DNA of 64,000 bases from positions 425 to 64,424 of the forward strand of contig CAVGWX010000001.1 of the NCBI GenBank assembly GCA_963633085.1, given 5' to 3'. The position numbers and the translations under genes were made by a program. Under the pieces are notes generated by a model, which worked only from the letters and a program-made list of their open reading frames with translations, ran no database searches and was not told the origin of the DNA. Numbering within the stretch: position 1 is the stretch's first letter; each line of letters starts with the position of its first letter. The DNA is from Prevotella sp. CAG:279 (lineage in GTDB: Bacteria; Actinomycetota; Coriobacteriia; Coriobacteriales; Eggerthellaceae). Positions 61,413 through 64,000 of this stretch are shown in pieces.

Positions 61413-63590
61413 TTAATCCGAACGCCCGCTCGACGAGCTCGTTCCCGCGCCGTCGGCCGCGGTGCCCGACGCGGCCCCGATGACGCCGACGTCGCCGGTC
61501 GTGCCCGCATCGGCGGCAAGGGCCGCGGCCATGACCTTCGCCCCGATGGGCGCGGCCGTCGACGAGCCGCCGCCGCCGTGCTCGACCACGCACGCCAGCA
61601 CGTACTTGGGGTTATCGTAGGGCGCATAGCAGGCGAACCAGCCGGTGTCCTCCATGTCGGTGTATTCGGCGGTGCCCGTCTTGCAGGCGACGGTGTCGGG
61701 GTCGATCCCCTCGTCGGAGAAGAGCTTGGCGATGGTCGAGTTGTCGGTGGCCACGCCGCGAAGCGCGGTGCGCACGGTGGACAGATCGGCCATGGAAACG
61801 TCGGGGACCGAAACCACCTCCGAACGGTAGGTCAGCGCCACGTCTCCCGCGGCGTTGCGCACCTCTTTAAGCAGATGAGGCTTGACGACGTTGCCCGAGG
61901 CGACCGCGCCGTAGGCCACGCACAGCTCCATGGGCGTCACGAGCACGTAGCCCTGGCCGATGCACATGTTCGTGTAGTCGCCGCCCTTCCACGCCGCCTC
62001 CTCGGGCGTGTCGCGGTATTGGCTCGCCTTCCATTCGGGCGTGGGAATGCGCCCGGCGCTCTCTCCCGACAAATCGACGCCGGTCTTCTGGTCCAGGCGG
62101 TATTTCGCGAGGAAATCCTGCAGCAAAGTAGCGCTCTTGCCCTGGTTGGAGGCCGCGTCCCAGTATTTGTAGCCGATGTCGTAGAACACGACGTCGCAGG
62201 AGTTCACGATGCCGCCGTACAGATCGAGCGTGCCGTGGCCGTTCTCGTCCCAGCACTTCTGCGGGGAGCCCGACCCGAACCCGTCCCATTCCCCGGTGCA
62301 GGTCCAGGTTTCGTCGGTGGTGGCCATGCCGGTCTCAAGCGCCGCGAGGCTCACGAAGGTCTTGTAGGTGGAAGCGGCGGGGTACGTGCCGCCGATGGTG
62401 CGGTTGAGCATGGGAAGCTGCGCCGATTTCGAGGTGTCGGCGTCGAAGTACAGATCGTTGGTCTCATCGTCCAGCCCGTTGACGAACGCCTTGGGCGAAA
62501 ACGTCGGGAAGCTCGACATCGCGATGATGCTGCCGTCTTCCACGTTCATCATCACGAGCGCGCCCGCCGTGCCCGTACCCGTGCCGATGCTTCCGCCGTC
62601 GGGGGTGATCAGGTCGTAGAGGGCCTTGTCGGCGGCGTACTGGACCGACGCCTTGATGGTCGTGTAGACGTCCGACCCCTTTACGGGCTGGGTTTCGCTG
62701 ACGACCTCGACGATGTTGCCCTGCGCGTCGGCCATCACCTTGCGCTCGCCGTGGTCGCCGGAAAGCAGGTTGTCGTAGGTCTGCTCCAGGCCGCTGCGCC
62801 CGACGGTGTCGCCCATCTCCAGGTCGCGCCCCGCCGTGACGCCGGCGATGTCTTCGGAGGTGACGCTGCCGATGTATCCCAGCGCATGCGCGGCGAGCGA
62901 TCCGTAGGGGTAGTCGCGCACCGTGCGCGTCTGCACGGTGATCCCGGGGAAGGCGCTCGCGTGCTCGGCGATGAACGATATGTTGCGCATCGTCACGTCG
63001 GAGGCCACGGTGCGCTGGCTTTGCGCGCCCGAGGACGTGTCGGCCAGGCGCTTGCGCACCACGCCGACGGGAAGGCCCAGCACGGCCGACAGGCGCATGA
63101 TGACGTCGCGGTCCTCGGCGACGTCGGGGTCGGCGAGCACGGTGAGCGACGTGCGGTTCTTCACGATGGCCACGCCGTCGGCGTCGAGGATGTCGCCGCG
63201 CGGGGCGGGCGTGTATACCGTGGTGTACTGGTTGTCCTCCGACTCCTGCCGGTAGTTGCTGCCCGCGAGCACCTGGATGCTCCAGAGCTTCGTGGCCAGG
63301 GTGCCGAACACCACGCCCGCGAGCACGCCGACGGCCAGAAAGCGCGATTTGAGCGAATCGCCCACGTTGGCAACGGGCTGGGCGGCGGTCGCCCCGCGCC
63401 CGGCCCCGCCCGCCGGCCGGCGATCGGCATCGGCAAGGGACGACTTCACGCCCACGGAGGATATGGAGCGCACGTCGTGCTTGACGCTGATGCTGTCCGT
63501 CTTGCGCCCGCGAAGGACGGCGTAGACGATGACGAGCGCCACGATGACGACGATGAGCGCTATGACGGTTGCGATAAGCGCGGTGAACAC
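61413..63590 (-). CDS. mrdA: Penicillin-binding protein 2 (class B)
   Basis: APRGDILD, RDYPYG, STYK, SCD, KTGT. Confidence 0.93.
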   Translation of the reverse strand: MFTALIATVIALIVVIVALVIVYAVLRGRKTDSISVKHDVRSISSVGVKSSLADADRRPAGGAGRGATAAQPVANVGDSLKSRFLAVGVLAGVVFGTLATKLWSIQVLAGSNYRQESEDNQYTTVYTPAPRGDILDADGVAIVKNRTSLTVLADPDVAEDRDVIMRLSAVLGLPVGVVRKRLADTSSGAQSQRTVASDVTMRNISFIAEHASAFPGITVQTRTVRDYPYGSLAAHALGYIGSVTSEDIAGVTAGRDLEMGDTVGRSGLEQTYDNLLSGDHGERKVMADAQGNIVEVVSETQPVKGSDVYTTIKASVQYAADKALYDLITPDGGSIGTGTGTAGALVMMNVEDGSIIAMSSFPTFSPKAFVNGLDDETNDLYFDADTSKSAQLPMLNRTIGGTYPAASTYKTFVSLAALETGMATTDETWTCTGEWDGFGSGSPQKCWDENGHGTLDLYGGIVNSCDVVFYDIGYKYWDAASNQGKSATLLQDFLAKYRLDQKTGVDLSGESAGRIPTPEWKASQYRDTPEEAAWKGGDYTNMCIGQGYVLVTPMELCVAYGAVASGNVVKPHLLKEVRNAAGDVALTYRSEVVSVPDVSMADLSTVRTALRGVATDNSTIAKLFSDEGIDPDTVACKTGTAEYTDMEDTGWFACYAPYDNPKYVLACVVEHGGGGSSTAAPIGAKVMAAALAADAGTTGDVGVIGAASGTAADGAGTSSSSGRSD

Positions 63591-63597
63591 GGGCCAC

Positions 63598-64000
63598 CTA
63601 CCTCAGCTTCGGCGTGCGAAGACCGCGATCCTGCGAGCCGCCCGAAAGCAGGCGCACCATGATGGGATAGAACACGAGCCCCACGGCGCAATCGTAGAGC
63701 GCGCAGGGAAGCGCACGCGTGAGCAGGGCCTCTACCGGGTTGGCGGAAAGCCCGCAGGCGATGAGCAGCATGCCGTAGGACAGCTCGATAAGCAGCGCCA
63801 CCACCACGAAGATGGCGATGGGCATGAACATGGTGTCGTTGTCGAGCACGGTGAAGGCGCGCGAGGCGGCAAAGCAGCCCACCACCAAAAGAAGCGCCAT
63901 GCCGCCCACCGGGCCCGTTCCCGTGAGGTCGTAGAGCAGGCCGAGCACGAAGGGAAGCACGGGGCCCGCCTCGCCGGGGATGACGATGGCGACGACGAGC
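63598..64000 (-). CDS. mreD: Rod shape-determining protein MreD; 3' part only, start lies beyond the window
   Basis: Hydrophobic, GLLYDL..GPVG; immediately upstream of mrdA-rodA. Confidence 0.8.
   Translation of the reverse strand, partial: LVVAIVIPGEAGPVLPFVLGLLYDLTGTGPVGGMALLLVVGCFAASRAFTVLDNDTMFMPIAIFVVVALLIELSYGMLLIACGLSANPVEALLTRALPCALYDCAVGLVFYPIMVRLLSGGSQDRGLRTPKLR

Noticed and set aside
59247..63662. Very long + strand ORF (1471 aa), and similar antisense ORFs such as 402-1697, 8006-9949, 35895-38096, 44575-46806, 49634-51535 and 53170-54966
   Set aside because: Shadow frames of real genes in a high-GC genome: no motifs, no RBS, and they overlap well-supported genes.

Overview
High-GC chromosomal window, most consistent with an anaerobic gut Coriobacteriia (Eggerthellaceae-like) bacterium; the taxon is inferred from protein style and gene order. 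1-15.9 kb is a CoA-dependent organic-acid cluster resembling the E. coli ydi/cai clusters: ETF beta, three acyl-CoA dehydrogenases, a FadK-like ligase, a CaiB/FldA-type CoA transferase, an MFS transporter, a YdiB-like shikimate/quinate dehydrogenase, TetR, LysR and a hybrid kinase. A shared LysR-type promoter motif is readable in several of its intergenic regions. 16-25 kb is ilvD-ilvB-ilvN-ilvC-serA-leuA behind a T-box-like leader that lacks the canonical UGGN bulge. 25-43 kb is mostly housekeeping (prmC, prfA, trxB/trxA, thrS, coaD, rsmD, recG, DAK2, Asp23, rpmB, Nif3). 43-50 kb is a selenium locus: DUF3343, yedF and a double-cubane-type reductase, divergent from selA-selB-selC. 50-56 kb holds an HTH/Ser-Thr kinase pair, membrane proteins and tRNA-Asp. 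56-64 kb is mreD-mrdA-rodA plus a radical SAM pair. A GTRG-tagged REP-like palindrome family is dispersed through the window and forms a three-unit tandem mosaic at 42.9-43.4 kb. No integrase, transposase or cas gene was recognised. All product calls come from motif recognition, not database searches.
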